Shown in pieces: positions 41,865 to 52,282 of a stretch of 64,000 nucleotides of DNA; the first letter of the stretch is position 1, and each line of letters opens with the position of its first letter. This DNA comes from an uncultured beta proteobacterium (GTDB taxonomy: Bacteria > Pseudomonadota > Gammaproteobacteria > Burkholderiales > SG8-41), in the NCBI GenBank assembly GCA_903893565.1, contig CAITMU010000105.1, positions 41,178-105,177 of the forward strand, given 5' to 3'. The position numbers and the translations under genes were made by a program. The notes beneath the pieces were generated by a model that was given only the letters and a program-made list of their open reading frames with translations, did no database searches and had not been told where the DNA came from.

Positions 41865-43181
41865 TTAACGTTGTCTCGCCTGATCCCTCGCCAGCAACGC
41901 CAACCCACTACCAACGGACACAAACTCATCACCGCGAACCATTTTTTCTGGGCCTAGCCAATCAGAAAATTGTTGTCGTATCAACGGCACGAAAGAAGTG
42001 CCCCCCGTCATAAAAACTACGGATATGTCTTCGACAGAAACGCCCGCCTGATCAAGCGCCTCATGACAGGCGCCCAACATGGCTCGCACATCGGGCTCAA
42101 TCCACTGCTCAAAATCTTTTCTATGAATGGTTTTTTTTATATGAATCGGCGGATGATTAAATTCAAAATCAACACTGGGATGTAAAGACAACTGCGCCTT
42201 GCAGCGATTAATTTCCTGATACAGATGAAAACCCAATTCGTATTCTAAAAATAAACGAAGATTAGCAATTTTCTCAGGGCTGTCACTCGTGAGTTCGATT
42301 TTTTTCAGTTCCCGTAACACCGAATCTCTTTTTAAAAAAGACAATCGATGCCACTGCTCGAATTCAAAATAAATCCATTTTGGCACTTCCAACCACTTAC
42401 CCTCAGGCCTAAAAAGAGAACCTTTGCCCAACGCCGGGGCCACCACATGATCAATGATAGAAAAATCAAGTCGATCCCCAGCGATGCCTACCCCGGCGTG
42501 ACCTAAGGGCTGACTGCTACCGTCCTTAGGATTAAAACGAACGATAGAAAAATCGCTCGTCCCTCCCCCAAAATCGGCCACTAACACCGTCGCCTCAGAC
42601 TGTAATCGGCGTGAGAAAAAATAAGCCGCCGCCGCCGGTTCGTACACCAATTGAATATCTTTAAAACCGACCCATTCAAAAGCGGTGCGTAGTCGTTGTA
42701 CGGCAATCGCCTCTTCGGCAGCACTACCGCCGCCCGCAAAAGTGACGGGGCGGCCGACCGTAATCGGATGAATGCATTCACGAGCCCCACCATGCGGCCA
42801 GCCCAGCGCTTGCATCAGGCCTTTTAAAAAATCGGCCACCATGTGCTCGAGCGTTAATTCACGACCCTGAATATGCGTTTTAGAAAAACTTTGACTGGAT
42901 AAAAAAGTCTTCACAGACTGAATCAAACGGGCTTGTTCACCATACTCTAAAAAAGCCTCGATGGCAGCCCGGCCACAATGGGTCTGCGACAAAGACACAC
43001 CAAAGTCGTCCCCGTCTTCGGCACTGACGTAACATAAAAGTGAACGAAACGTCTGCTCTTGCCCTTGGCTGGTAGAAAAACTCAAGGTTTGCGTTCTCCC
43101 AGCCGAATCACAAAGACTGACCACCGTATTGGTCGTACCAAAATCCACACCCACAAACAACCGCTCTTCTTGACTTATCAT
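41865..43181 (-). CDS. Hsp70-family protein lacking the peptide-binding domain (YegD-like)
   Basis: GVDFGTTN, GRPV, EPAAAA, DFGGGTSD, TGGTS; 438 aa. Confidence 0.9.
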   Translation of the reverse strand: MISQEERLFVGVDFGTTNTVVSLCDSAGRTQTLSFSTSQGQEQTFRSLLCYVSAEDGDDFGVSLSQTHCGRAAIEAFLEYGEQARLIQSVKTFLSSQSFSKTHIQGRELTLEHMVADFLKGLMQALGWPHGGARECIHPITVGRPVTFAGGGSAAEEAIAVQRLRTAFEWVGFKDIQLVYEPAAAAYFFSRRLQSEATVLVADFGGGTSDFSIVRFNPKDGSSQPLGHAGVGIAGDRLDFSIIDHVVAPALGKGSLFRPEGKWLEVPKWIYFEFEQWHRLSFLKRDSVLRELKKIELTSDSPEKIANLRLFLEYELGFHLYQEINRCKAQLSLHPSVDFEFNHPPIHIKKTIHRKDFEQWIEPDVRAMLGACHEALDQAGVSVEDISVVFMTGGTSFVPLIRQQFSDWLGPEKMVRGDEFVSVGSGLALLARDQARQR

Positions 43182-43341
43182 TGATACCCTTAAAAGCTAA
43201 GCTCCCCTATTGCCGGATGACATGGACACCCAACTCCCCGATCCACCCAGGACAGCGCAATCTCCCATCCACCCACACGTTTACCCAAGGCGCTCAATCA
43301 CCTTTCTATCTACATCACTGAATGAATAAAATAACCTCATT

Positions 43342-44379
43342 TTATGGCAACTCTTCGAGTTTTAATCCAAGACTTTGAATCACTTTGGTGTTTTTCTGTA
43401 TGGATTGCTCAATCAGATGACGAAAATCCTGCGCAGATCCCATCACCACCTCCGTTGCCTGTGCGGCTAACAAGGCTTTAAGCTCAGGCAACTGACCGCT
43501 TTTTAGAACAAAGCTACGAAATTTTTCCACCACAGAGCGCGGCGTACCCAATGGCATCAAAAAACCCTGCCATCCACTGTAATCAAAGCCTGGGAAAGTT
43601 TCTGCAATCGCTGGAATACCTGGCAACAAAGCCGATCTGACGGGCAGACTATGCCCTAAGGCGCGTAATTTGCCATTCGCTAAGTGATTAATGACAGCAG
43701 GCGCCGGGGTTAAAGTCCACTGAGACTCATTACTTAACACCGCGGCCACAGAAGGCCCCCCCCCTTTGTAAGGCACGTGGAGCGAAGAAAAATGGGCCAC
43801 TGACATCAAATACGCACCCGACAAATGGCTTTGCGAACCGCTACCCGCAGAGGCCATATTGACGCGTCCTGACTTTAACTTCACCCCATTGACCCAATCT
43901 TCAACCGATTGCACCGCCGCACTCGGATGAACCACTAAAACATTCGCCGTCACTGCCGCCTGCAAGACGCACTCAAAGTCGCGTAAGGGATCAAAACTGG
44001 GCGTTTTTTGTAATAAGACGGCCACTGTGGAAGCCGCGGTCGTCGCACTGACCACAGTATAGCCATCGGCAGGGGCATTTTTAGCCAATTCCATCCCCAC
44101 GATCCCCCCTGCACCCGAACGATTATCGGCCACCACCTGTTGACCTGTCATTTCGCTTAATTTAGCCGCAAAAATTCGACTCAATACGTCCACTGAACTG
44201 CCCGGCGCATTGGGCACCAAGAGGCGGATCGGCCGCGAGGGGTATTTCGCATCCTTGGGATCGCCGGAAACGGCAAAACTGTCTGCACAGAGCAGTGCCG
44301 CACCCAAGCAGAAACCACCGGTGACCGCATGAAAAGCGGTAGAGCCTATTTTTTGTTGACTGACTGACTTTTTCACCAC
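43342..44379 (-). CDS. tripartite tricarboxylate transporter substrate-binding protein (Bug/TctC)
   Basis: YPSRPIRLLVP, DNRSGAGG, HVPYKGGG. Confidence 0.93.
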   Translation of the reverse strand: MVKKSVSQQKIGSTAFHAVTGGFCLGAALLCADSFAVSGDPKDAKYPSRPIRLLVPNAPGSSVDVLSRIFAAKLSEMTGQQVVADNRSGAGGIVGMELAKNAPADGYTVVSATTAASTVAVLLQKTPSFDPLRDFECVLQAAVTANVLVVHPSAAVQSVEDWVNGVKLKSGRVNMASAGSGSQSHLSGAYLMSVAHFSSLHVPYKGGGPSVAAVLSNESQWTLTPAPAVINHLANGKLRALGHSLPVRSALLPGIPAIAETFPGFDYSGWQGFLMPLGTPRSVVEKFRSFVLKSGQLPELKALLAAQATEVVMGSAQDFRHLIEQSIQKNTKVIQSLGLKLEELP

Positions 44380-44621
44380 ATCCCCCCCTTAATTCGATGA
44401 CTAAAAAAGTAATTCTTTGTGGATTTCCCAGATGAGTCCATCGCTATTTTGGGCTTTTAGCCCTCGAACACAACATTTAATTCACTTTAAGCCCTATGAC
44501 CTGTGATGCGGGCACGTTGATTTGATAGAATTAGGCAGGATAATAACAAGTGTTTGGACTCATCTTAAAACCAAACACTCCCATCCTCCCTAACCTGAAA
44601 CCCAAAACCAAGCATTAAGTC

Positions 44622-44657
44622 CTTTCAATCCCTTCAACCCCTTAAACCCCTTCAACC
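44622..44657. repeat. four imperfect tandem 9-bp units (CCTTCAACC-like)
   Basis: CTTTCAATC CCTTCAACC CCTTAAACC CCTTCAACC. Confidence 0.75.
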
Positions 44658-44679
44658 CGATAATCCTCTAGCTATTTTT

Positions 44680-45147
44680 TTGAGCTCAAAAACCTTGCCT
44701 ACGACCGTGAGTAAAACGATTTATTCCACGCCCCAGGAAGCCGAGCAAGCCTTCTATGATGCTTTCCATAAAGGCGATCTAGAAACGATGATGAGCGTTT
44801 GGGCCGATGATGATGATATTTATTGCATTCATCCGGGTGGACCGCGCATTGCGGGACTGGAAAATGTCCGTCAGTCGTGGATGAAGCTCTTTACCAACAA
44901 CCAATCTTTGAGCTTTCAACTTCACTCCCAGCATGTGTTTCAAGGGCCGATGCTCGCCGTGCACAGTGTCTACGAACAAATCACCGTCTTAGGTCAAGGC
45001 CCGGTTCGTAGCGCCATTTTGGCCACTAACATGTATGTTCGCACTGAACGGGGTTGGCGCATGGCCGTCCACCACGCCTCCCCGGCCCCGAATGCCCCGA
45101 GCCCCGCGACTGAAAACACGACCAAAGAAAGTAAAACCTTGCACTAA
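44680..45147 (+). CDS. SnoaL/NTF2-like domain protein
   Basis: AEQAFYDAF, CIHPGG, ATNMY, GWRMAVHHAS. Confidence 0.88.
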   Translation: MSSKTLPTTVSKTIYSTPQEAEQAFYDAFHKGDLETMMSVWADDDDIYCIHPGGPRIAGLENVRQSWMKLFTNNQSLSFQLHSQHVFQGPMLAVHSVYEQITVLGQGPVRSAILATNMYVRTERGWRMAVHHASPAPNAPSPATENTTKESKTLH

Positions 45148-45313
45148 CCCGGATTCAGCTCAAGGGCGACATATTGCGAACTTTTGTTATCCCTTTTTCC
45201 GGGGCTCCAATGTATAATTTAGGTAGGGTCGTGCCCTAAAAACCGATGAATCTGGTTTTGGCACAGCGCCTCTTATTCATACTCACCACTTAATGTATTA
45301 ACAGGAATAACTT

Positions 45314-46834
45314 ATGAGCCTCCCTGATTTTGGTAATCCCGATGTAATCGTTGTGGGTGCCGGTAATGCCGCGGCTAGCGCGGCCCTAGCCGCCCGTGAA
45401 CAAGGCGCTAGCGTCATTATGCTAGAAGCTGCGCCTATCGACGACTGTGGCGGTAACAGCCGCTATACGGGCGGTTTGATGCGTGTTGTGTACAACGGCG
45501 TCGATGATCTGGCGCAGATCATTCCTGAATTGACGGAAGAGGAAAAAAAGACCCATGATTATGGCTCCTACACTGCAGACGCCTACTTTGATGACATGGC
45601 GCGCATTACCCAGGAGATGACCGATCCGGATCTTTGTGAAATTCTTATTCGCCGCAGCTTTGACACCATTGTCTGGTTACGCAAAAAAGGCGTAAAGTTT
45701 CAAGCCAGCTACGGTCGCCAATCCTACAAAATCGACAACAACACCCGTTACAAATTTTGGGGCGGTCTTGCCGCCGAGACTTGGGGTGGTGGCGAAGGCT
45801 TGGTGGCCAATGAGCACAAGGCCTGTGAACGTGAAGGGATCAAAATTTTCTACGAAACGCCTGCCCTCTCACTGATCACCGATAACGACAACAATGTATT
45901 GGGGGTTAAAGCTCGGCATAAGGGACAGAACGTGGAGATTCGCGCCAAGGCGGTCGTTCTGGCCTGTGGTGGATTTGAATCGAACGCGGAAATGCGTTCC
46001 CGCTATCTCGGCCCCGGCTGGGATCTTGCTAAAGTGCGCGGCACCCGCTTTAACACGGGTCTGGGCATCAAAATGGCCTTAGATATAGGCGCCATGCCCT
46101 TTGGTCACTGGTCGGGTTGCCACGCCGTGGGTTGGGATCGTAACGCCCCACCTTTTGGTGACTTAGCCGTCGGTGATCAATTTCAAAAGCACAGCTACCC
46201 TTGGGGCATTATGATTAACGCCGATGGGAAGCGCTTTGTTGACGAGGGTGCTGACTTTCGCAATTACACCTACGCCAAATACGGCCGCGTGATTATGAAC
46301 CAGCCTGGCATGTTTGCTTGGCAAGTGTTTGATGCCAAAATTATTCCTGCCTTACGTGATGAATATCGGATCAAGCAAGTCACCAAGGTGCGTGCCAATA
46401 CACTAGAAGAATTGTGCAAGTTGATGGATGGGGTCAATGCTGACGCCGCCTTGCAAGAAATTCAGCAATACAATAAAGCAGTAAAAGATGACAAGCCTTT
46501 TAATATGGCGATCAAAGATGGGCGTCATACCGAAGGACTCGCCCATAACAAAACCAACTGGGCCAACACCGTTGATACCGCCCCGTTTGAAGCTTATGCC
46601 GTGACCTGTGGCGTGACCTTTAGCTTTGGTGGTCTTAAAATCAGCACCGATCCGGCCACCGAAGGTCAGGTAGAGGACACCAGCGGCACTCCGATCCACG
46701 GGCTATATGCCGCGGGCGAGTTAGTCGGGGGGATTTTCTACCATAATTATCCCGGTGGTACAGGCTTAACCTCAGGCGCAGTCTTTGGCCGTTTGTCAGG
46801 AACCACCGCAGGTAAAGCAGTAAAAGTGGGTTAA
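45314..46834 (+). CDS. tcuA: FAD-dependent tricarballylate dehydrogenase TcuA-like flavoprotein
   Basis: VVGAGNAA, GGNSRYTGG, LACGGFE, GVTFSFGG, NYPGGTGLTSGAVFGR. Confidence 0.8.
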   Translation: MSLPDFGNPDVIVVGAGNAAASAALAAREQGASVIMLEAAPIDDCGGNSRYTGGLMRVVYNGVDDLAQIIPELTEEEKKTHDYGSYTADAYFDDMARITQEMTDPDLCEILIRRSFDTIVWLRKKGVKFQASYGRQSYKIDNNTRYKFWGGLAAETWGGGEGLVANEHKACEREGIKIFYETPALSLITDNDNNVLGVKARHKGQNVEIRAKAVVLACGGFESNAEMRSRYLGPGWDLAKVRGTRFNTGLGIKMALDIGAMPFGHWSGCHAVGWDRNAPPFGDLAVGDQFQKHSYPWGIMINADGKRFVDEGADFRNYTYAKYGRVIMNQPGMFAWQVFDAKIIPALRDEYRIKQVTKVRANTLEELCKLMDGVNADAALQEIQQYNKAVKDDKPFNMAIKDGRHTEGLAHNKTNWANTVDTAPFEAYAVTCGVTFSFGGLKISTDPATEGQVEDTSGTPIHGLYAAGELVGGIFYHNYPGGTGLTSGAVFGRLSGTTAGKAVKVG

Positions 46835-46869
46835 TAACACATCGGTTAAGTCACAACCGGTTGAGGGCA

Positions 46870-46912
46870 AAAAGGGGATATTCGCTTTTTAATATCAAGC
46901 GAATCCCCTTTT
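46870..46912. terminator. intrinsic terminator-like hairpin after the tcuA-like gene
   Basis: AAAAGGGGA-TATTCGCTT...AAGCGAAT-CCCCTTTT. Confidence 0.7.
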
Positions 46913-46988
46913 ACACGCGACTCAATCCGTCGGACACCGCGCTTGAAGCGTTATTGTTCAATTGTTTTTTTGCTTTAAGGGAAAATTC

Positions 46989-47765
46989 ATGACTGCTCCT
47001 GCAATCCATATCAAGACCAACGTGCGCGATTCGGTGAGTGCGGCCGAATGGGAAGTCAGAGTCAACTTGGCCGCCTGCTACCGTTTGATGGCTGAGTATG
47101 GCATGACTGAAATGATTGCCAATCACATTTCTGCGCGCGTGCCAGGATCAAACAACGAGTTTTTAATTAATCCCTATGGCATGCTCTACGAAGAAGTCAC
47201 CGCCTCCAGTCTCATCAAGATTGATATCGATGGCAAAGAACTTTTCAATGCCACCGAATATGGTGTCAATCAGGCCGGCTACGTCATTCATAGCGCAATC
47301 CACGCCGCACGCCATGATGTTGATTGTGTGATCCACACCCATACCATTGCTGGGATGAGCGTTTCAGCCATGAAAACAGGATTACTGCCCTTAGCGCAAA
47401 GCGCCATGCGATTTGCAGAAGTGGCCTATCACGATTACGAAGGCCCTGCGCTGCGCCTTGATGAACGGGAGCGCTTGGTGCAGGACTTAGGACAACGAGA
47501 AGCCATGATTTTGCGTAACCATGGTCTACTGACGGTTGGCCCTAGTATTCCAGAATGTTTTAACAACCATTTTCGTCTTGAAAGAGCTTGCCAATTGCAA
47601 GTGACCACGCTGTCGTGTCAAACCGAAATTTGTTTACCGCCAGACGAAGTGGTGCGCGAGACGCAAGCGGGCTACTCCAATGCTCAGCGCCGGCGCTGGG
47701 GCATGCTCGAGTGGCCCTCATTATTGCGTAAACTCGATCGCATTGATCCGAGCTATGCTCACTAA
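46989..47765 (+). CDS. class II aldolase/adducin family protein
   Basis: NHISARVP, IHSAIH, HTHT, LRNHG. Confidence 0.93.
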   Translation: MTAPAIHIKTNVRDSVSAAEWEVRVNLAACYRLMAEYGMTEMIANHISARVPGSNNEFLINPYGMLYEEVTASSLIKIDIDGKELFNATEYGVNQAGYVIHSAIHAARHDVDCVIHTHTIAGMSVSAMKTGLLPLAQSAMRFAEVAYHDYEGPALRLDERERLVQDLGQREAMILRNHGLLTVGPSIPECFNNHFRLERACQLQVTTLSCQTEICLPPDEVVRETQAGYSNAQRRRWGMLEWPSLLRKLDRIDPSYAH

Positions 47766-47831
47766 TTACACGATTGCTTGAAAAATGCCGCGCTGATGGG
47801 TGCCCAACTAACCCTCACCGGCGTTTATCCC

Positions 47832-47858
47832 AAAAAGCGGGCTACCCCCGCTTTTTTT
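47832..47858 (+). terminator. rho-independent terminator
   Basis: AAAAAGCGGG-CTACC-CCCGC followed by T7. Confidence 0.75.
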
Positions 47859-47889
47859 AAGCCAACCGCTATCTTAGGAGTGAACCCTT

Positions 47890-48351
47890 ATGGAAGTTAA
47901 ATCCACATTAAAAGTCATCAACGAAGCGGATATTCAAGGGGGGGTGGGCGTCATACCCGGGCAAAATATGAAGCGCCTCATTGGTTGCGCTGAGATACCC
48001 ACAGACCGATTAAGAGTGGGCTTGGCGACCTACGTTCCGGGCTCCATCGAGTCTTTGCATTGGCATCCCATCGAAGCCTTCTACTACATCATTTCCGGTC
48101 ATGCCACAGTGCGTGACATCGAAGGCAAAGAATACGAAGTGGGTGCTGGCTCCTTTCTTTATTGCCCTCCGGGCATTGCTGGATCCCATGAATGGGAAGT
48201 CAAAGAATCCCTGCAGTTACTGGCGATTCGAGGCACGACAGAATCCAATAAAAAATTGCAATTCAGTGTCGACAAGGCCACTAAGCGCTCTTACATTGAC
48301 TTAGAAGAACTCGCTAAGCGCGATGCCATTAGCTTTTCTTCGCACTACTAA
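47890..48351 (+). CDS. cupin domain protein
   Basis: HWHPIEAFYYIISG and PPGIAGSH cupin motifs; AGGAG RBS. Confidence 0.88.
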   Translation: MEVKSTLKVINEADIQGGVGVIPGQNMKRLIGCAEIPTDRLRVGLATYVPGSIESLHWHPIEAFYYIISGHATVRDIEGKEYEVGAGSFLYCPPGIAGSHEWEVKESLQLLAIRGTTESNKKLQFSVDKATKRSYIDLEELAKRDAISFSSHY

Positions 48352-48369
48352 CCTACATTCATTTTAATC

Positions 48370-49269
48370 TTGTCCTCAAACCCCAACCCTTCCCAAACAC
48401 AATACCCCGGACCGGATATTAATCCGCGCCCTCCACGCCATCGCTTGCCAGAAGGCGTCATTGATTGTCACTGCCACGTCTTTGACGAGTTTGATAAGTA
48501 TCCCCTGACTGCGCAGCGTAGCTACACCCCCGCACAGGCAAGCCTTGAGCAGTATCTCGACATGTGTGCAGTATTGGGTATTGCCCGCACCGTACAGGTC
48601 AATGCGAGCACCTTTGGTCTGGACAATCGTATTACCCTTGATATCATCGCTCGCTTAGGACAAAGCCGGGCTCGGGGCATTGGTGCCATTACCTTGGACA
48701 CCCCCACTGCGGAACTCGAAAGACTACACCTGGGGGGATTTCGTGGTGTGCGCCTATCAACCCACGTCAAAGGCTATGGGGGTTTGGAGGCTATAGAACC
48801 CTTGGCCAAAAAAATCCTCCCCTTCGGTTGGCACATTCAATTACATGTGAGTCAGAGCGCTGAATTAGCGAACATTGAAACGCTTTTAATGCAATGCCCC
48901 TGCCCGATTGTGTTTGATCACTTAGGCGGCGCACGCGGCGAAGAAGGACCTCAAGCCCCTGGTTTTCAGACTTTGCTGCGTCAACTCACTCAGCGAGAAG
49001 ATCGATGGGTCAAAATCTCCAGTTGGTATCGTCGCACTGCAGACCCTGCACCGCAATACCGCAATATGAAGCCCTTGGCTCAGGCCCTAGTGGCCTCACG
49101 TGCTGATCGTTGCGTCTGGGGCAGCAATTGGCCGCACCCGGTATTTAGCGCTCCCATTCCCAACGATGGGGACTTGATGGATGTTTTCTGTGATTGGGTA
49201 TCCGACCCCCTCACCAGAAAAAAAATACTCGTGACCAACCCGGAAATCCTTTACGGTTTTGGCGATTAA
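48370..49269 (+). CDS. amidohydrolase-superfamily protein (LigI/galactarolactone isomerase-like)
   Basis: DCHCHVF, RGVR, FDHLG, WVKIS, WGSNWPH. Confidence 0.88.
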   Translation: MSSNPNPSQTQYPGPDINPRPPRHRLPEGVIDCHCHVFDEFDKYPLTAQRSYTPAQASLEQYLDMCAVLGIARTVQVNASTFGLDNRITLDIIARLGQSRARGIGAITLDTPTAELERLHLGGFRGVRLSTHVKGYGGLEAIEPLAKKILPFGWHIQLHVSQSAELANIETLLMQCPCPIVFDHLGGARGEEGPQAPGFQTLLRQLTQREDRWVKISSWYRRTADPAPQYRNMKPLAQALVASRADRCVWGSNWPHPVFSAPIPNDGDLMDVFCDWVSDPLTRKKILVTNPEILYGFGD

Positions 49270-49297
49270 TCGCTCGCGTTTTTTTAGTCTTCCCTCC

Positions 49298-50299
49298 ATG
49301 GCCTCCTCCCCACAAAATGACGCCGACGGCATTGCCCACTACCGTGCGCCTTTTTGGCTACCGGGTGGCCATGCTCAAACGATTTACGCTTCACGCTGGG
49401 TAAAAAAACCCGCCGTTCGCTATTGGCGCGAGCGATGGGAAACCCCTGATTTTGATTTTATCGATTTAGATTGGATCGATCTTGAGGATGAATCTGCCCA
49501 CTTAAACGCCCCTAATCTGACCCCTTTAGTCGTTTTATTTCATGGGCTAGAAGGTCACTCAGGTAGTGCCTATGCGTGCGCTCTCATGCAGGCCGTACAA
49601 ACGGCTGGCTGGCACGGGGTGGTGGTACATTTTCGTGGCTGTAGTGGGGAACCGAATCGACTACCGCGCGCCTATCACTCGGGTGACAGCGCTGAAATTG
49701 ATTGGATTTTAAAACGCCTGCGCTTAAGTCGACAAGGACCGATTCATGCGGTCGGTGTGTCCTTGGGGGGCAATGCGCTACTGAAATGGCTAGGGGAGCA
49801 AGCGGAAAAAGCCCATCCCATACTAAACAGTGCGGCAGCCATCTGCGCGCCCGTGGATTTGGCCGCAGCTTCCGACTGTCTGGGACGAGGATTTAATCGG
49901 TTTTATACGAAAAATTTTCTTGCTAGCCTCAAAGCAAAAACGCTGCAGAAAATGAAACGCTATCCCGCCTTATGTGATCGGCGCAGTCTCTTGGCCTGTA
50001 AAACACTACGCGCCTTTGACGATTTGGTCACGGCCCCCTTGCATGGCTTCAAAGGGGTCGATGACTACTACACACGCTCTGCTAGTAAACCGTGGCTCCA
50101 ATCCATCCGTCTACCAACGCTCATGATCAACCCCTTAAATGATCCTTTCTTACCCGCCCGCTTCCTTCCAACCGCTGATACACTATCGGATAGCATCCTG
50201 TTAATATGCCCGCCCAGTGGGGGTCATGTGGGCTTTGTCAGTGCTCCGTTTCCTGGCTCTATTACATGGCTGGCCCAACGAATACTGCAGTTTTTTTAA
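49298..50299 (+). CDS. YheT-like alpha/beta hydrolase
   Basis: GGHAQTI, FHGLEG, GVSLGGN, GGHVGF. Confidence 0.9.
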   Translation: MASSPQNDADGIAHYRAPFWLPGGHAQTIYASRWVKKPAVRYWRERWETPDFDFIDLDWIDLEDESAHLNAPNLTPLVVLFHGLEGHSGSAYACALMQAVQTAGWHGVVVHFRGCSGEPNRLPRAYHSGDSAEIDWILKRLRLSRQGPIHAVGVSLGGNALLKWLGEQAEKAHPILNSAAAICAPVDLAAASDCLGRGFNRFYTKNFLASLKAKTLQKMKRYPALCDRRSLLACKTLRAFDDLVTAPLHGFKGVDDYYTRSASKPWLQSIRLPTLMINPLNDPFLPARFLPTADTLSDSILLICPPSGGHVGFVSAPFPGSITWLAQRILQFF

Positions 50300-50364
50300 T
50301 GTTTATTTCTAACGCTATTCCTAATCTCATTTTTCTTATTGCTTTGTGACCGGAAAAACCCACC

Positions 50365-51744
50365 ATGTCATTATTCGCCCCAGCTGAAATTTTTAAAGCC
50401 TACGATATTCGTGGCATCGTTCAAAGTGCCCTCACCCCAGAGGCCGTACACAATATTGGGCGCGCCATCGGATCCGAGGCGATCGAGTTAAAACAAAGCA
50501 CCGTCGCCATTGGTCGAGATGGGCGTGGATCCGGTCCAGAGCTCTCGAACGCGCTGTCAGAGGGACTGCGTGCCAGCGGCGCGAATGTGATCGACGTTGG
50601 CATGGTGGCAACCCCCATGCTCTACTACGCTACCCATGCCCTCAATACGCACTCGGGCGTCATGGTGACAGGCTCACATAACCCGCCTGAATACAATGGA
50701 CTCAAAATGGTGTTAGCCGGAGAAACCTTGGCCGGTCCCCGTATTCAGCAATTACGAGAACGCATCCTCAAAGGTCAACTCACCCAAGGCCAAGGGACCT
50801 ATCAAACACACGATATTGCTGAGGCGTATCTGCAACGTATCTTGGGAGACGTCAAACTTGCTCGTCCTATGAAAATTGCCGTGGATTGTGGCAACGGTAT
50901 CGCAGGCCCCACAGCCCCCCTGTTGTATCAACGCATGGGTTGTGTCGTCGAACCCTTGTTTTGCGATGTCGATAGCCGTTTCCCCAATCATCACCCCGAT
51001 CCCTCACAGCCGAAAAACCTTCAAGATCTCATCCAGGCGCTTAGCAAAGGCAGCTCTGAGATTGGACTGGCTTTTGATGGCGATGGCGATCGACTGGGTG
51101 TTGTGACCAAACAAGGCAATATCATTTTCCCCGATCGACAATTAATGCTCTTTGCCGCTGAGGTGTTAAGTCGCAACCCCGGTTCAGACATTATTTTTGA
51201 CGTCAAATCCACGCGCAACCTCTTTGACTGGGTTCGCTCTCATGGGGGTCGCCCCTTATTGTGGAAAACGGGCCATTCATTCATTAAAGCCAAACTCAAA
51301 GAAACCGGGGCTCCCTTAGCCGGAGAGATGAGCGGTCACATGTTTTTTAAAGACCGCTGGTATGGTTTTGATGATGCGCTATACGCTGGCGCGAGACTGC
51401 TCGAGATATTGTCTAAAGTGAACAACGTGTCGGTTGCCTTAGATAGCTTACCGGACGCGGTGAATACCCCAGAGCTGCATATCCAAACGCAGGAGGGAGA
51501 AAACTATCGATTGATGGACATTTTAAAAACCCAAGCCCATTTCGAGGGCTCGATCGAGACCATTGATATCGATGGTATTCGGGTCGAGTATGAGGATGGA
51601 TTTGGTCTGGCTCGTCCTTCCAATACGACCCCGGTGATCGTACTGCGATTTGAAGCGCAATCTGAAAAATCGTTGCAACGCATTCAAGCCGCCTTTAAGC
51701 AAGCCTTTCTTAACATCAAACCTGATTTGCAATTACCGTTTTAA
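50365..51744 (+). CDS. phosphomannomutase/phosphoglucomutase (AlgC type)
   Basis: FKAYDIRG, TGSHNP, FDGDGDR, GEMSGH. Confidence 0.96.
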   Translation: MSLFAPAEIFKAYDIRGIVQSALTPEAVHNIGRAIGSEAIELKQSTVAIGRDGRGSGPELSNALSEGLRASGANVIDVGMVATPMLYYATHALNTHSGVMVTGSHNPPEYNGLKMVLAGETLAGPRIQQLRERILKGQLTQGQGTYQTHDIAEAYLQRILGDVKLARPMKIAVDCGNGIAGPTAPLLYQRMGCVVEPLFCDVDSRFPNHHPDPSQPKNLQDLIQALSKGSSEIGLAFDGDGDRLGVVTKQGNIIFPDRQLMLFAAEVLSRNPGSDIIFDVKSTRNLFDWVRSHGGRPLLWKTGHSFIKAKLKETGAPLAGEMSGHMFFKDRWYGFDDALYAGARLLEILSKVNNVSVALDSLPDAVNTPELHIQTQEGENYRLMDILKTQAHFEGSIETIDIDGIRVEYEDGFGLARPSNTTPVIVLRFEAQSEKSLQRIQAAFKQAFLNIKPDLQLPF

Positions 51745-51755
51745 TAGAGCGCTAC

Positions 51756-52178
51756 TTACTCACTGGGACGAGAACGGGGCACTTTTTTTTGCATTCTTTG
51801 ATCAAATCGTTCCACACTAATGATTAAACGCTCATGAGTGCCCTTCGCAATTGGTTCGAATTCGTCTTCTGCCCATAGATCAAACGTTAACTTTCGTGCG
51901 TCCACCGATATTAATTTTGCCATCGCTTTGACATGCAGCCCCACGGGTGTGGCTGCGGTGTGGGAGATATCGAGTCGCGTACCCACGGTCTGTTGTCCCG
52001 GTGCCATCAATGACTCAACCGCTTGCAGTGCGGCTGACTCCAACAATGTCACTAAAATCGGGGTCGCTAAGACCCCTATTTTCCCACTACCAACATGGGC
52101 CGCGGTATCTCGTGTACCGACCACAATCTCAATAAGACCGGTGAGGCCCGGTGCTAAAGCCGGTAGGGGGTTTGACAT
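51756..52178 (-). CDS. hotdog-fold thioesterase (fluoroacetyl-CoA thioesterase FlK-like)
   Basis: VLATP...LE, TVG...ISHTAATPVG, GTHER. Confidence 0.85.
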   Translation of the reverse strand: MSNPLPALAPGLTGLIEIVVGTRDTAAHVGSGKIGVLATPILVTLLESAALQAVESLMAPGQQTVGTRLDISHTAATPVGLHVKAMAKLISVDARKLTFDLWAEDEFEPIAKGTHERLIISVERFDQRMQKKVPRSRPSE

Positions 52179-52282
52179 ATCTTTCTCAATGGCGCTCAAG
52201 GGGAGAATAAAAAAATAGGCCTAAGGTATCGATTCATTAAAAGACGATACCCGCACGAAAAAAACCTTGCAAGCACTTTGCG

